From positions 27,904 to 91,903 of IMG/VR virus record IMGVR_UViG_3300025652_000041: a DNA stretch of 64,000 nucleotides, one strand, 5' to 3'. A program made the translations under genes and the position numbers. Under the pieces are notes generated by a model, which worked only from the letters and a program-made list of their open reading frames with translations, had not been told where the DNA came from and did not search any database. The stretch comes from a virus (lineage: Duplodnaviria > Caudoviricetes). Below are positions 18,005-26,717 of this stretch, in pieces (position 1 is the stretch's first letter; each line of letters begins with the position of its first letter).

Positions 18005-19303
18005 ATGATAGGGTTCGGAACCTTTTTATCTGAGGCATCATTAACTTTCGGAGAAATTACTCGTGAGGATAGACCTGACCGAATAGATATTTTTCTGCGC
18101 AAGTACAAAGGTAATGAACCATTCGAATTGGTTGGTGGTGACCAAGTAGTCTTTAAGTACAATGCAGAGATTGAGAAAGCTGTTAAATCAGGAAACTCTA
18201 AACTCGCACAGTCAATTGGACTCGAAACCCTAGATGGAACTAAACTCGCATTCGGTAAGTTATCTAAGACTGCCGAGTTCGGGGGTGGTCGTGGTTCGGG
18301 TGGTGGTGCAGCCAACACTCGTGCAACTGAATCTGCACAATGTGTTTATCTACAAGCAATCTGGGATAACCGGACAACTAAGTTCAGTGCGGACGATATA
18401 CGTAACGCATATCCCAAAACGCACACAGATGCGTCTCTAGATGAAGTACTTCTGGGTGATGAAGGATGGATCTCCTCTTCTATCGATATCGCAAGACTTC
18501 TTCACAAAGCTCTAGGTAAAAAACAATACAGTTTCCATCGAGGATCTGGTTGGGTTGAGATAGTAGAGAAGAAGTTCAAAGAACTGAATCGCGTCCAGAA
18601 AGCATTCGGTAATATCAACAAATGGTCTCCTGCGGACATCTACATGGTCGCAAAGGGTGCAGAGAACAAGTATGATATAGAAGGTGCAGAGTCACTAGAA
18701 TACCTGAACAACGAGTTGATGAAGGCATACACTGCACGTGATATCATCGGTGTGTCTTTGAAGAAATTGACCGGTAAAGGTAGACTTGCCCAAGTTAACT
18801 ATAAGAAACCATTCAAAGGTGCAAAGTTCACCAAGTCATCTTATGGTAAGAGGGATTTCTTCAAGTCCAAAGATGGTTACTTGTTCGGTGACGGTGGTAT
18901 TGAGATGCAGTTCCGAACCTTCCCTACCTTTCAGTGTGAGATTATCGGTAAGGCTGCTAAACACGGTAAGGTGTCTCATGGTGGTATTGATGCGGCTCTC
19001 TATGCCACAAATCGGGATAAGACCGATAATCGTAAAGAACTTGAATCATTTATAAAGAAAGATCGGGATTCATTCCTAGATAAGTTCTATGGGTTCTATG
19101 ATGGTGCAGTAAATAGTCCGGTAGACAAAGAAACCTTTAAAAAGAATCTGGAAGGTGTGACAACCGAATGGTTAGTCTCCAAGTACTATGTAACTTCTAT
19201 TTTCGTAATGATAAAAGGTAGAGAACAACAATTCATGGATTATTTATTCCGTATAGCAAAATCACAAAGTCCGCTATCTGCGGTACACCTAAAGGTACAA
19301 TAA
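18005..19303 (+). CDS. Putative restriction-endonuclease-fold protein with capsid-targeting N-terminus
   Basis: MIGFGTFLSE start; TES..WSPADIY..IGVSLKK pattern. Confidence 0.55.
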   Translation: MIGFGTFLSEASLTFGEITREDRPDRIDIFLRKYKGNEPFELVGGDQVVFKYNAEIEKAVKSGNSKLAQSIGLETLDGTKLAFGKLSKTAEFGGGRGSGGGAANTRATESAQCVYLQAIWDNRTTKFSADDIRNAYPKTHTDASLDEVLLGDEGWISSSIDIARLLHKALGKKQYSFHRGSGWVEIVEKKFKELNRVQKAFGNINKWSPADIYMVAKGAENKYDIEGAESLEYLNNELMKAYTARDIIGVSLKKLTGKGRLAQVNYKKPFKGAKFTKSSYGKRDFFKSKDGYLFGDGGIEMQFRTFPTFQCEIIGKAAKHGKVSHGGIDAALYATNRDKTDNRKELESFIKKDRDSFLDKFYGFYDGAVNSPVDKETFKKNLEGVTTEWLVSKYYVTSIFVMIKGREQQFMDYLFRIAKSQSPLSAVHLKVQ

Positions 19304-19304
19304 A

Positions 19305-20024
19305 ATGGCAATATCACGATATATGGAGGGAGACAACAGCATCAATATTGCTCGTGGTCTTGTTCTCGATACAACATACGAACATAAATTTGGTGCGGTA
19401 CTTTCAATGTCAGTCTCTGAGACCGGAACTGTTTGGGATGTCGATGATACCCTATACCCTTGGTCTGCATGGGATACTGCCGGAGTTTTGACTATCCCCG
19501 CAGTGAATGCTTCGGACAATGGTGGAACGGTAACTGTGACTGGTTTAGATGCGAACTACGATGTGATAAGTGAAGATTTCGTAGTATCCAGTTCGGGAAC
19601 AACCACCGGCACCAAAACATTCAAACGTGCGTATCGTGCATTCTTTACTGATGGTACATCTAACATTGGTAATATAACTATTCAACGTGGTGGTACGACT
19701 ATCGCATTGATCAGAGCAGGTCAGGCACAAACACTCATGGCGGTATTTACTGTCCCTGAAGGACACACTGCATATATGTCTAAAGTCAGTATGAGTATCG
19801 AGGCCGGTGGTGATGCGAGTGGTAACGTGTATTCTAGAATTCCTAGCCAAACATCATTTCGTATTAAACATACCTTCGAGATCGGAGATGGTGGTCATTA
19901 CCTATATGACTTCACGGTTCCATTGAAATTCGATGCAAGGACAGATATTGATTTTAGATGTAGTATGCGAACTAACAATTCACGTGCCTCTGCTGCATTT
20001 GATATGATTCTTATCAAGGAATAG
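19305..20024 (+). CDS. Beta-rich putative virion structural protein
   Basis: G/T/S-rich beta pattern in late operon. Confidence 0.5.
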   Translation: MAISRYMEGDNSINIARGLVLDTTYEHKFGAVLSMSVSETGTVWDVDDTLYPWSAWDTAGVLTIPAVNASDNGGTVTVTGLDANYDVISEDFVVSSSGTTTGTKTFKRAYRAFFTDGTSNIGNITIQRGGTTIALIRAGQAQTLMAVFTVPEGHTAYMSKVSMSIEAGGDASGNVYSRIPSQTSFRIKHTFEIGDGGHYLYDFTVPLKFDARTDIDFRCSMRTNNSRASAAFDMILIKE

Positions 20025-20026
20025 TA

Positions 20027-21244
20027 ATGAAATTTGTAGATTTTATAACCGAATCCAAGAACACCCATATGACGCATATCGAAGATAAAGTCATCTATGG
20101 TGGTGTTAATGGTACACGTCAAGCAATATTTGCATTACGTGAATTGCGTGATATGCTTGCGGGTAAAGGTACTGCGGGACTGTCCACTAAGTGGGATGGT
20201 GCACCTGCTATCTTCTGCGGTCAAGATCCTACGGATGGTAAGTTCTTTGTGGCGAAGAAAGGTATCTTCAATAAGAACCCCAAGGTATACAAAACCGATG
20301 CAGATGTTGAAGCAGATACTTCTGGTGACCTCGCAGAGAAACTCAAAGATGCATTGAAGTATCTACCTGAACTTGGTATCAAAGGAGTCATCCAAGGGGA
20401 CTTCCTATTTGGTCGAGGTGATCTGGGTAAGAAGAAAATTGATGGTGTGCAGTATACTACATTCCATCCCAATACTATCGTATATGCAATACCATTTGAA
20501 CAGTCGAAGGAAGTACGCGATGCAAAAATCGGTATAGTGTGGCACACTACATATAAGGGTAAAACATTTGAATCGATGACAGCATCCTTCGGTGTAGATG
20601 TTTCTAAACTAAAAAAATCTAAAAACGTATGGTCACAAGATGCAATGTTGCGATCTGTAGATGCGACAATGACCCAACAAGAAACGGAGCAAGTAAATGA
20701 ATATCTTTCAAAAGCTGGTAAACTTTTTAACCAGATCAGTGGAACAACCCTCAGAACCCTTGAAGGAAACCCCGTCCTCGCCGGAACAATCGAAACCTTC
20801 AACAACACCTACGTCCGAAAAGGTCAAACGCCCGGCGACTCGAAAAAGCACGCCCAAGCCCTCATCAAGTACATCCAAGACAAGTACCAAAAAGAAATCG
20901 ACAAACGCAAAACCGAGAAAGGCAAGAGCGCCCAAGTCGAAAAGCGAGACGAAATCTTAAAGTTTTTCTCTCCGAAGAATCTAGAATCTCTAGAAAAGAT
21001 GTTCGATTTGCAGAAAATGATTGTACTTGCGAAACTAAAACTTATAAATAAACTTAATAGTTTAAAGAAAATTGACACATTCGTTCAAACCAAAACGGGT
21101 TACAAAGTGACTGGTGAAGAAGGTTATGTAGCAATTGACAAACTTGGTGGTGACGCAGTGAAACTTGTTGATCGTATGGAATTTTCATACAACAACTTTT
21201 CACCCGATATATTAAAGGGCTGGGACAAACCTAGTCGTAATTAA
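20027..21244 (+). CDS. Ligase-like covalent nucleotidyltransferase-fold protein with capsid-targeting N-terminus
   Basis: MKFVDFITE; motif I TKWDG, IQGDF, EGYV, VKLV. Confidence 0.65.
   Translation: MKFVDFITESKNTHMTHIEDKVIYGGVNGTRQAIFALRELRDMLAGKGTAGLSTKWDGAPAIFCGQDPTDGKFFVAKKGIFNKNPKVYKTDADVEADTSGDLAEKLKDALKYLPELGIKGVIQGDFLFGRGDLGKKKIDGVQYTTFHPNTIVYAIPFEQSKEVRDAKIGIVWHTTYKGKTFESMTASFGVDVSKLKKSKNVWSQDAMLRSVDATMTQQETEQVNEYLSKAGKLFNQISGTTLRTLEGNPVLAGTIETFNNTYVRKGQTPGDSKKHAQALIKYIQDKYQKEIDKRKTEKGKSAQVEKRDEILKFFSPKNLESLEKMFDLQKMIVLAKLKLINKLNSLKKIDTFVQTKTGYKVTGEEGYVAIDKLGGDAVKLVDRMEFSYNNFSPDILKGWDKPSRN
20697..20960 (+). CDS. Probable overprinted small basic protein (+1 frame)
   Basis: GGAG SD; local third-position C bias in the host gene; amphipathic N-terminus and K/S/T/P-rich tail. 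Confidence 0.55.
   Translation: MNIFQKLVNFLTRSVEQPSEPLKETPSSPEQSKPSTTPTSEKVKRPATRKSTPKPSSSTSKTSTKKKSTNAKPRKARAPKSKSETKS
21043..21050 (+). promoter_or_regulatory. T4-type late promoter (intragenic)
   Basis: TATAAATA about 220 nt upstream of 21269. Confidence 0.5.
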
Positions 21245-21268
21245 TGGGATAAACCAGAGGAAAACAAA

Positions 21269-21736
21269 GTGGCAAAGAAACCGCTTAGATTCAAAGATTT
21301 TACATCTGTAGATTACACTCAGTCGGGTGATGATCAACTTGCGCACAATGCTAAGAAACGCAAGAAAGATATACCTACCGGAAATACCGGAGAAGAAGTA
21401 GAGAACGAAGCACTAGACATGACCCAACGTCTTGCACGTGGTCGCATGTTTAAAAAGAACAAGGCCAAGATTGCAATGGGTCGCAAACGTGCTCAACGTA
21501 AGATTGCCTCTATGGACACTCTGAAGAAACGTGCACGAAAGGCTGCACGTAATATCCTACTCAAGAAACTTACCAAAGATACACCCAAAGGTGAACTCTC
21601 ATTGTCACGTAGACAGGACATAGAGAAGAGACTCGAAAAGAAGAAACCAGTTATCGATAAGTTATCTCGTAAACTACTACCCCAAGTACGTAAAAAAGAA
21701 ATGGAACGTAAGAAAGGTGGTAAAAGTGCCGATTAA
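21269..21736 (+). CDS. Highly basic putative head internal/core protein
   Basis: LRFKDF start; acidic EEVENE site, then K/R-rich helix. Confidence 0.6.
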   Translation: MAKKPLRFKDFTSVDYTQSGDDQLAHNAKKRKKDIPTGNTGEEVENEALDMTQRLARGRMFKKNKAKIAMGRKRAQRKIASMDTLKKRARKAARNILLKKLTKDTPKGELSLSRRQDIEKRLEKKKPVIDKLSRKLLPQVRKKEMERKKGGKSAD

Positions 21737-23483
21737 GAATTTCACCCAATACCTGATCGAAGAAGATCGTGAAGTTTATTTTACCTTTGGTAGAATGAAT
21801 CCTCCTACTATTGGTCACGGTAAAGTGATGGATGTACTTGCCAAGAAGTCTGGTAAATCAGACTATAAAGTATATGTCTCACAATCACAGAATCCCAAGA
21901 AAGATCCCCTATCCTACACAGATAAAGTGAAACATGTACGTAAGATGTTTCCTAAACATGCACGTCAAGTAATGTTAGATAAGGATGTCAAGTCCGTATT
22001 TGATATTGCAGTAAAACTATACGATCAAGGTTATACTAAGATCAACATGGTTGTTGGTGCAGACCGTATACGTGAGTTCGATGTATTGTTGAATAAGTAC
22101 AACGGTACAAAGGCACGTCATGGTTTCTACAATTTCAAGAAAATCAACATTGTCTCTGCGGGTGAACGTGATCCTGATGCGACTGGTGTTGAAGGTATGT
22201 CTGCGTCTAAACAACGTGAGAATGCAGCAAAGAATGACTTCGTTACATTTGCACAAGGTGTACCGAAAGGAATGTCCGATAAAGATACACGGAAGTTGTT
22301 CAATGATGTTCGGAAGGGAATGGGTCTCAAGGAAGAGTTTGAATTCAAGAATCACATTGAACTGGAAACTGTTTCTGAAACAAGAGAACAGTATGTTCAA
22401 GGTGAATTGTTTAAAGTAGGTGACACTGTTGTTATCAAAGAAAGCGATGAAATAGGAACTGTATCTGTATTGGGTGCTAACTATGTTATCGTGGAAACAG
22501 ATAACGGTAAGTTGCGCAAATGGTTAGATGCTGTAGAACTACTAGAGAAACAAGACTCAGATATCAAAGATCGTAAAGGTACACAACCTGCACGTTATCA
22601 CTCGGGACTGAAGAAGTCCACCAAAGTTGCACGTGATGCACACTTCAAGAAACACGGTAAGAAAGCAGACGATGATGACTCTGCATACAAACCCGCTCCA
22701 GGCGATGCAACAGCAAAGACCAAACCTTCTAAGTACACCAAACAGTTCAAAGACATGTATGAAGAAGTATCTCAGAAAGAACTCAATGACCTTGAAAAGT
22801 TTGCTGACCGACTACTGAACAAGTTTGATGTGGATATCGAATTTACTCGTCACTTCAAAGACCGTATGAATGACAAACGAAACAAACCTGCTATTAGTGT
22901 TGACGAGTTAGAACGTCTGTTCAAGAAGATGGCTGATAACAAGGGTAAGAAGATTAAGAAACACGGTAACAGTGAAGCGATCCTCAAGGATATGCAGTCT
23001 GACCTGAACCTACCTGTAGTTATCAACTGGAAGAACGGCGAGTTCGAAGTTGTTAACAAAACAATTATGCGTAAGAAAGCATTCAAGTCACCTGATCCCG
23101 AACTGAAGTATGAGTCTGTCGAAGAAGACATGGCTCCTCGTTGGATGAAGGATATGATCGGGTCTAAACTCAGTCCTAAAAAATACCAACATGCACTGGA
23201 TGTTCTTAGTAAGATCATTGACCGTAAGAAGAAAGAAACCGGCGGTAACCTTAGACACGGTGTTGTTTATTATGCTGGCCAGGTTGCAAAACAGTATGAC
23301 GGTGTTGACGCTAGGAATCTCGCTAAAGCATATGAGAAGAGTGTTAAAGAAGCGACTGATCCTGTAGATGCTGCCTCTCAGAAGATTGAACGTGAGAAAG
23401 AGACTGATAAGAAGAAACACGACCGTATTCTAGACCGTGCAAGACTCGCTCGCGCAAGACAAAAGAATAGGCAAACTAAATGA
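21726..23483 (+). CDS. Cytidylyltransferase-like (HxGH) nucleotidyltransferase fused to several small modules; putative internal head polyprotein
   Basis: FGRMNPPTIGH and GMSASK motifs; NFTQYLIEE start; Glu-rich linkers between modules. Confidence 0.75.
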   Translation: MPIKNFTQYLIEEDREVYFTFGRMNPPTIGHGKVMDVLAKKSGKSDYKVYVSQSQNPKKDPLSYTDKVKHVRKMFPKHARQVMLDKDVKSVFDIAVKLYDQGYTKINMVVGADRIREFDVLLNKYNGTKARHGFYNFKKINIVSAGERDPDATGVEGMSASKQRENAAKNDFVTFAQGVPKGMSDKDTRKLFNDVRKGMGLKEEFEFKNHIELETVSETREQYVQGELFKVGDTVVIKESDEIGTVSVLGANYVIVETDNGKLRKWLDAVELLEKQDSDIKDRKGTQPARYHSGLKKSTKVARDAHFKKHGKKADDDDSAYKPAPGDATAKTKPSKYTKQFKDMYEEVSQKELNDLEKFADRLLNKFDVDIEFTRHFKDRMNDKRNKPAISVDELERLFKKMADNKGKKIKKHGNSEAILKDMQSDLNLPVVINWKNGEFEVVNKTIMRKKAFKSPDPELKYESVEEDMAPRWMKDMIGSKLSPKKYQHALDVLSKIIDRKKKETGGNLRHGVVYYAGQVAKQYDGVDARNLAKAYEKSVKEATDPVDAASQKIEREKETDKKKHDRILDRARLARARQKNRQTK

Positions 23484-23752
23484 TTAATTTTAAAAAATAC
23501 CTTGCCGAAGGGCGGTATTCAGTGTATGATACACTTGACGTTAAAGAAGGATCGGATGGCATTGCAGCTAAGTCAAAGAAGTCTGGTATCTCGGTAGATA
23601 CACTGAAGAAAGTATATAACCGTGGTGTTGCTGCATGGAAGACGGGTCACCGTCCTGGCACTACCCCGCAACAATGGGGACACGCAAGAGTCAATGCGTT
23701 CATCGTCAAAAAGAAGAAAGGCAATTTAAACCACGATAAGGATCTTGCATAA
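23480..23752 (+). CDS. Putative internal head protein
   Basis: MINFKKYLAE; VYNRGVAAWKTGHRPG..WGHARV. Confidence 0.7.
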   Translation: MINFKKYLAEGRYSVYDTLDVKEGSDGIAAKSKKSGISVDTLKKVYNRGVAAWKTGHRPGTTPQQWGHARVNAFIVKKKKGNLNHDKDLA

Positions 23753-23753
23753 T

Positions 23754-24071
23754 ATGAAAACATTTCAACAAATCAGAGAGAAACGCGAAGTAGTCACTTT
23801 AGGTGGAACATCTAAAACAAGTGGTGAATACTATATGGGTGATGAGGGTATCAAGAAATTGGTTGACCTATCTAAAAAGAATCCCAATATCGAGTACACT
23901 GTTAAGTCAGATAACTACGGTGACTTCAAAGCACACTGGTTGAAGAACGGTAAGTTCGCAAAACAAACTGTTGCCAATATTAACTTCGATATGGATAAAC
24001 ATAAAGTACGTGGTGTACCGAAAGGTAAGACTGTCAAGGACACTATATTTGTGGTGAGGTACACTAAGTGA
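23754..24071 (+). CDS. Putative internal head protein
   Basis: MKTFQQIRE start. Confidence 0.65.
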   Translation: MKTFQQIREKREVVTLGGTSKTSGEYYMGDEGIKKLVDLSKKNPNIEYTVKSDNYGDFKAHWLKNGKFAKQTVANINFDMDKHKVRGVPKGKTVKDTIFVVRYTK

Positions 24072-24970
24072 AGTCGTTTAAAGAATTGAGAGAGAAGACT
24101 CTCACTGCCGCAGAGAAAAAGAAACGGGAAGAGATTGCAAAGGCAATTGAGAAAGATGAACCTGATATGCCAATGGACAAGAAGATGGCAATCGCAACTG
24201 CGCAAGCAAAGAAAGTTGCGGAAGGTGCTGAGAAGTACACCGTCAAGAAAGGTAACATGACCCGTAAGGTCGATGGTGCGACTGCCGACAAGATGAAACG
24301 ACAAGGTTGGAAGTTGATTGCGACCGAAGGACTTGAAGAAGGGAAGATGAAAGACTTCCACGATATGGTAAAGAAAGGTATGACTGCTGCACAGATTGCT
24401 AAGAAGATTGGCATGAAAGAGAAAGATGTTGCCGACTTCATGAAAGGTATGAAAGAGTCGGTTGAACTTGAAGAGAAGATGAAAGATAAACCATACGAAA
24501 AACAAATCGGTATGGGTGATTCTCGTAGCGAAAAAGAAATTCGTGATCAGATTAGTGGTTTGAGCGATGGCACATTAAAGAAATGGGCAAGTAAACCAGC
24601 AGGACGTTTTGGTTCTAAGATTGCTAAATTACAAGATAAAGTGGTCGCTGCCGAGATGAAAAAGCGTGGTCTTAAAGAATCTGTCGAAGAAGCACGTAAA
24701 GACTCGTCTGCCGATTTATACTTCAACACATACTCTGCCGCAGTACAACACGCAAAAGCACAAGCAGAGAAGAAAGGTTTTGAGGTAGTAGAAGACGATT
24801 GGTTCAACCAAGTAACTACGGGTAAAGGTAAACCTGGCCGTGGTAAGACTACACGTCATACACTGAAGTTGACTAAGAATGACAAACCAGTACGTAAAAG
24901 TCTTTCCATTCAGGTATACAACCGTGACACTGATAAGAACCCATACGAACTTAACTTTTACGTGAGTTGA
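24068..24970 (+). CDS. Putative internal head polyprotein
   Basis: MKSFKELRE; internal VAE, GLEE, ESVELEE, ESVEE linkers. Confidence 0.7.
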   Translation: MKSFKELREKTLTAAEKKKREEIAKAIEKDEPDMPMDKKMAIATAQAKKVAEGAEKYTVKKGNMTRKVDGATADKMKRQGWKLIATEGLEEGKMKDFHDMVKKGMTAAQIAKKIGMKEKDVADFMKGMKESVELEEKMKDKPYEKQIGMGDSRSEKEIRDQISGLSDGTLKKWASKPAGRFGSKIAKLQDKVVAAEMKKRGLKESVEEARKDSSADLYFNTYSAAVQHAKAQAEKKGFEVVEDDWFNQVTTGKGKPGRGKTTRHTLKLTKNDKPVRKSLSIQVYNRDTDKNPYELNFYVS

Positions 24971-24971
24971 T

Positions 24972-25322
24972 ATGAAGAAGTTTAATCATTACAACGAAAT
25001 AGATGAACACTGCGAATGCACTGACCTGTTCGAAGACTTGGTAATAACCGAGTCCGAGTACCAAGGTAAGACGGTCAAACTTAATGACCCCATTCGTACA
25101 TCCGAGAACCCTAACAAGAAGTTCAAAGTATATGTAAAGAACGAGTCTGGTAAGGTTGTTGTGGTGAGGTTCGGTGATCCCAATATGTCAATTAAAAGGG
25201 ACGATCCAAAACGAAGAAAGAGTTTTAGAGCACGACACAATTGTGCAAACCCTGGCCCAAAATGGAAAGCAAGATATTGGTCTTGTTATCAGTGGCGCGG
25301 GGGATCTAAAGTTGACAATTAG
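24972..25322 (+). CDS. Putative internal head protein
   Basis: MKKFNHYNE; VRFGDPNM..RRKSFRARHNC..ARYWSC. Confidence 0.7.
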   Translation: MKKFNHYNEIDEHCECTDLFEDLVITESEYQGKTVKLNDPIRTSENPNKKFKVYVKNESGKVVVVRFGDPNMSIKRDDPKRRKSFRARHNCANPGPKWKARYWSCYQWRGGSKVDN

Positions 25323-25330
25323 TATAAATA
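25323..25330 (+). promoter_or_regulatory. T4-type late promoter
   Basis: TATAAATA, intergenic. Confidence 0.75.
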
Positions 25331-25353
25331 CACCAATAGATCAAATGGAATCC

Positions 25354-25641
25354 ATGATGCCCAATAACGACACATCTAATCACCGATTAGATAGAATTGA
25401 ACTTAAAATCGATAAACTTGCCGAAGCTATGATTAGTCTCGCACGTACCGAGGAAAAGATCCTTTCTATGGAAAGAGAAAATCAAAATCACTTTGAACGT
25501 ATGAATCGATTTTCTCAGAAATTGGATTCTATTGAAACTAAAGTAAACGAAAATGCTCACACCGTGAGTATCATCAACAGACTATCATTTGTCGGTGTCG
25601 CTGCAATAATTGGCGCCATCGTTAAAATGATGTGGTTCTAA
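25354..25641 (+). CDS. Coiled-coil protein with C-terminal TM (XhlA/holin-like architecture)
   Basis: RLDRIELKIDKL heptads and C-terminal hydrophobic helix; start uncertain. Confidence 0.6.
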   Translation: MMPNNDTSNHRLDRIELKIDKLAEAMISLARTEEKILSMERENQNHFERMNRFSQKLDSIETKVNENAHTVSIINRLSFVGVAAIIGAIVKMMWF

Positions 25642-25655
25642 AACGGAGACTAAAA

Positions 25656-26381
25656 ATGTCAAATGAACTAAAGGGTACAATGGAGGCATATTTGTCAATG
25701 GTCTCCGAAGCAAAAAAGAAACTTGATCCAGTAAGCGATGCAGAGAACGATAAGAAGTTCAAAGATCGTAAGGACAAGGACATCGATAACGATGGAGATG
25801 TTGATTCTTCGGACGAGTTCCTGCACAAGAAACGTGCCGCAACTGATGACGCGATTGACGGTGGTAAGAAACCTGCCAAGGGCGTGAAGGAAGAGAAGGA
25901 CGAAGAGGAAGAACCTAAGAAGAAAATGCCACCCAAGAAAGATGGTGATGCAGACGAAGGTGAGACCGAAGCAGAAAAAGAAGACGATGATGCCGAAGAA
26001 GTAGAATCGGACGGTGAAGGTGACGCAAAGACACCAATTAAGAAGAAGAAGGCGACTGATACCAACCCTAAGACTTCTGATGCTACCGCAGAGATCTCTA
26101 AGATCGAATCTGTCAACCGAGTAAACACCCGTGAAGCATTCATCGAAATGTGGTCTAAGGTTGAAGAAGCTGTCAATCAGAAGAAAGGTGCAACTCCACC
26201 CGAAGAGATTGATTCAAAAGAATCACCCAAGGGTAAAGAGTTCAAGGCAAAACACAAAGTGGATAAGATTTCCCACGATGAGTTGGAAAAGATCGAAGAA
26301 CCTAAAGAACGTACTGTGAAGAAAGAAATGAAAGAGTACGAAGTCATCCGTCAAATCCTTTCTGGTAAAGCACCGGAATAA
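25656..26381 (+). CDS. Charged low-complexity putative prohead core/internal protein
   Basis: GGAG SD; AYLSMVSE; DIDNDGDVDSSD EF-hand-like loop. Confidence 0.65.
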   Translation: MSNELKGTMEAYLSMVSEAKKKLDPVSDAENDKKFKDRKDKDIDNDGDVDSSDEFLHKKRAATDDAIDGGKKPAKGVKEEKDEEEEPKKKMPPKKDGDADEGETEAEKEDDDAEEVESDGEGDAKTPIKKKKATDTNPKTSDATAEISKIESVNRVNTREAFIEMWSKVEEAVNQKKGATPPEEIDSKESPKGKEFKAKHKVDKISHDELEKIEEPKERTVKKEMKEYEVIRQILSGKAPE

Positions 26382-26393
26382 CGGAGAGTAATT

Positions 26394-26702
26394 ATGCAAT
26401 GTCCTAAATGGTGTAAGAATGCAGTCCCAACCTTTCGTGGTTGGGCTGACCCCAAGACAGGTGAGTTGTTTGTATCAAAACGTTTCACCCAAGATCAGAT
26501 TGACGAATACAATAGTGTTTCGTTGGTAACCGAAGAAGTTGTTGTTGAAGAACCACAATTACTTCAGGAAGCGCCCGCGAACAACAAGTCTCTCGAAGAC
26601 ATGACTAAGACTGAACTGCAAGCAATCGCAGAACAATCCGGTGTCGAAGTAAGTAAACGAGCTACTAAGAAGACCTTACTAGAACGATTGATGCTTAAAT
26701 AA
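26394..26702 (+). CDS. Protein with C-terminal Rho-N/HeH-like domain
   Basis: LEDMTKTELQAIAEQSGV..TKKTLLERL. Confidence 0.6.
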   Translation: MQCPKWCKNAVPTFRGWADPKTGELFVSKRFTQDQIDEYNSVSLVTEEVVVEEPQLLQEAPANNKSLEDMTKTELQAIAEQSGVEVSKRATKKTLLERLMLK

Positions 26703-26717
26703 TATATAAGGTATATC

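Noticed and set aside
20221-26176. Several long minus-strand ORFs (e.g. 20221-20808, 23915-24505, 25622-26176)
   Set aside because: F/L/S-rich mirror translations of K/E-rich plus-strand genes
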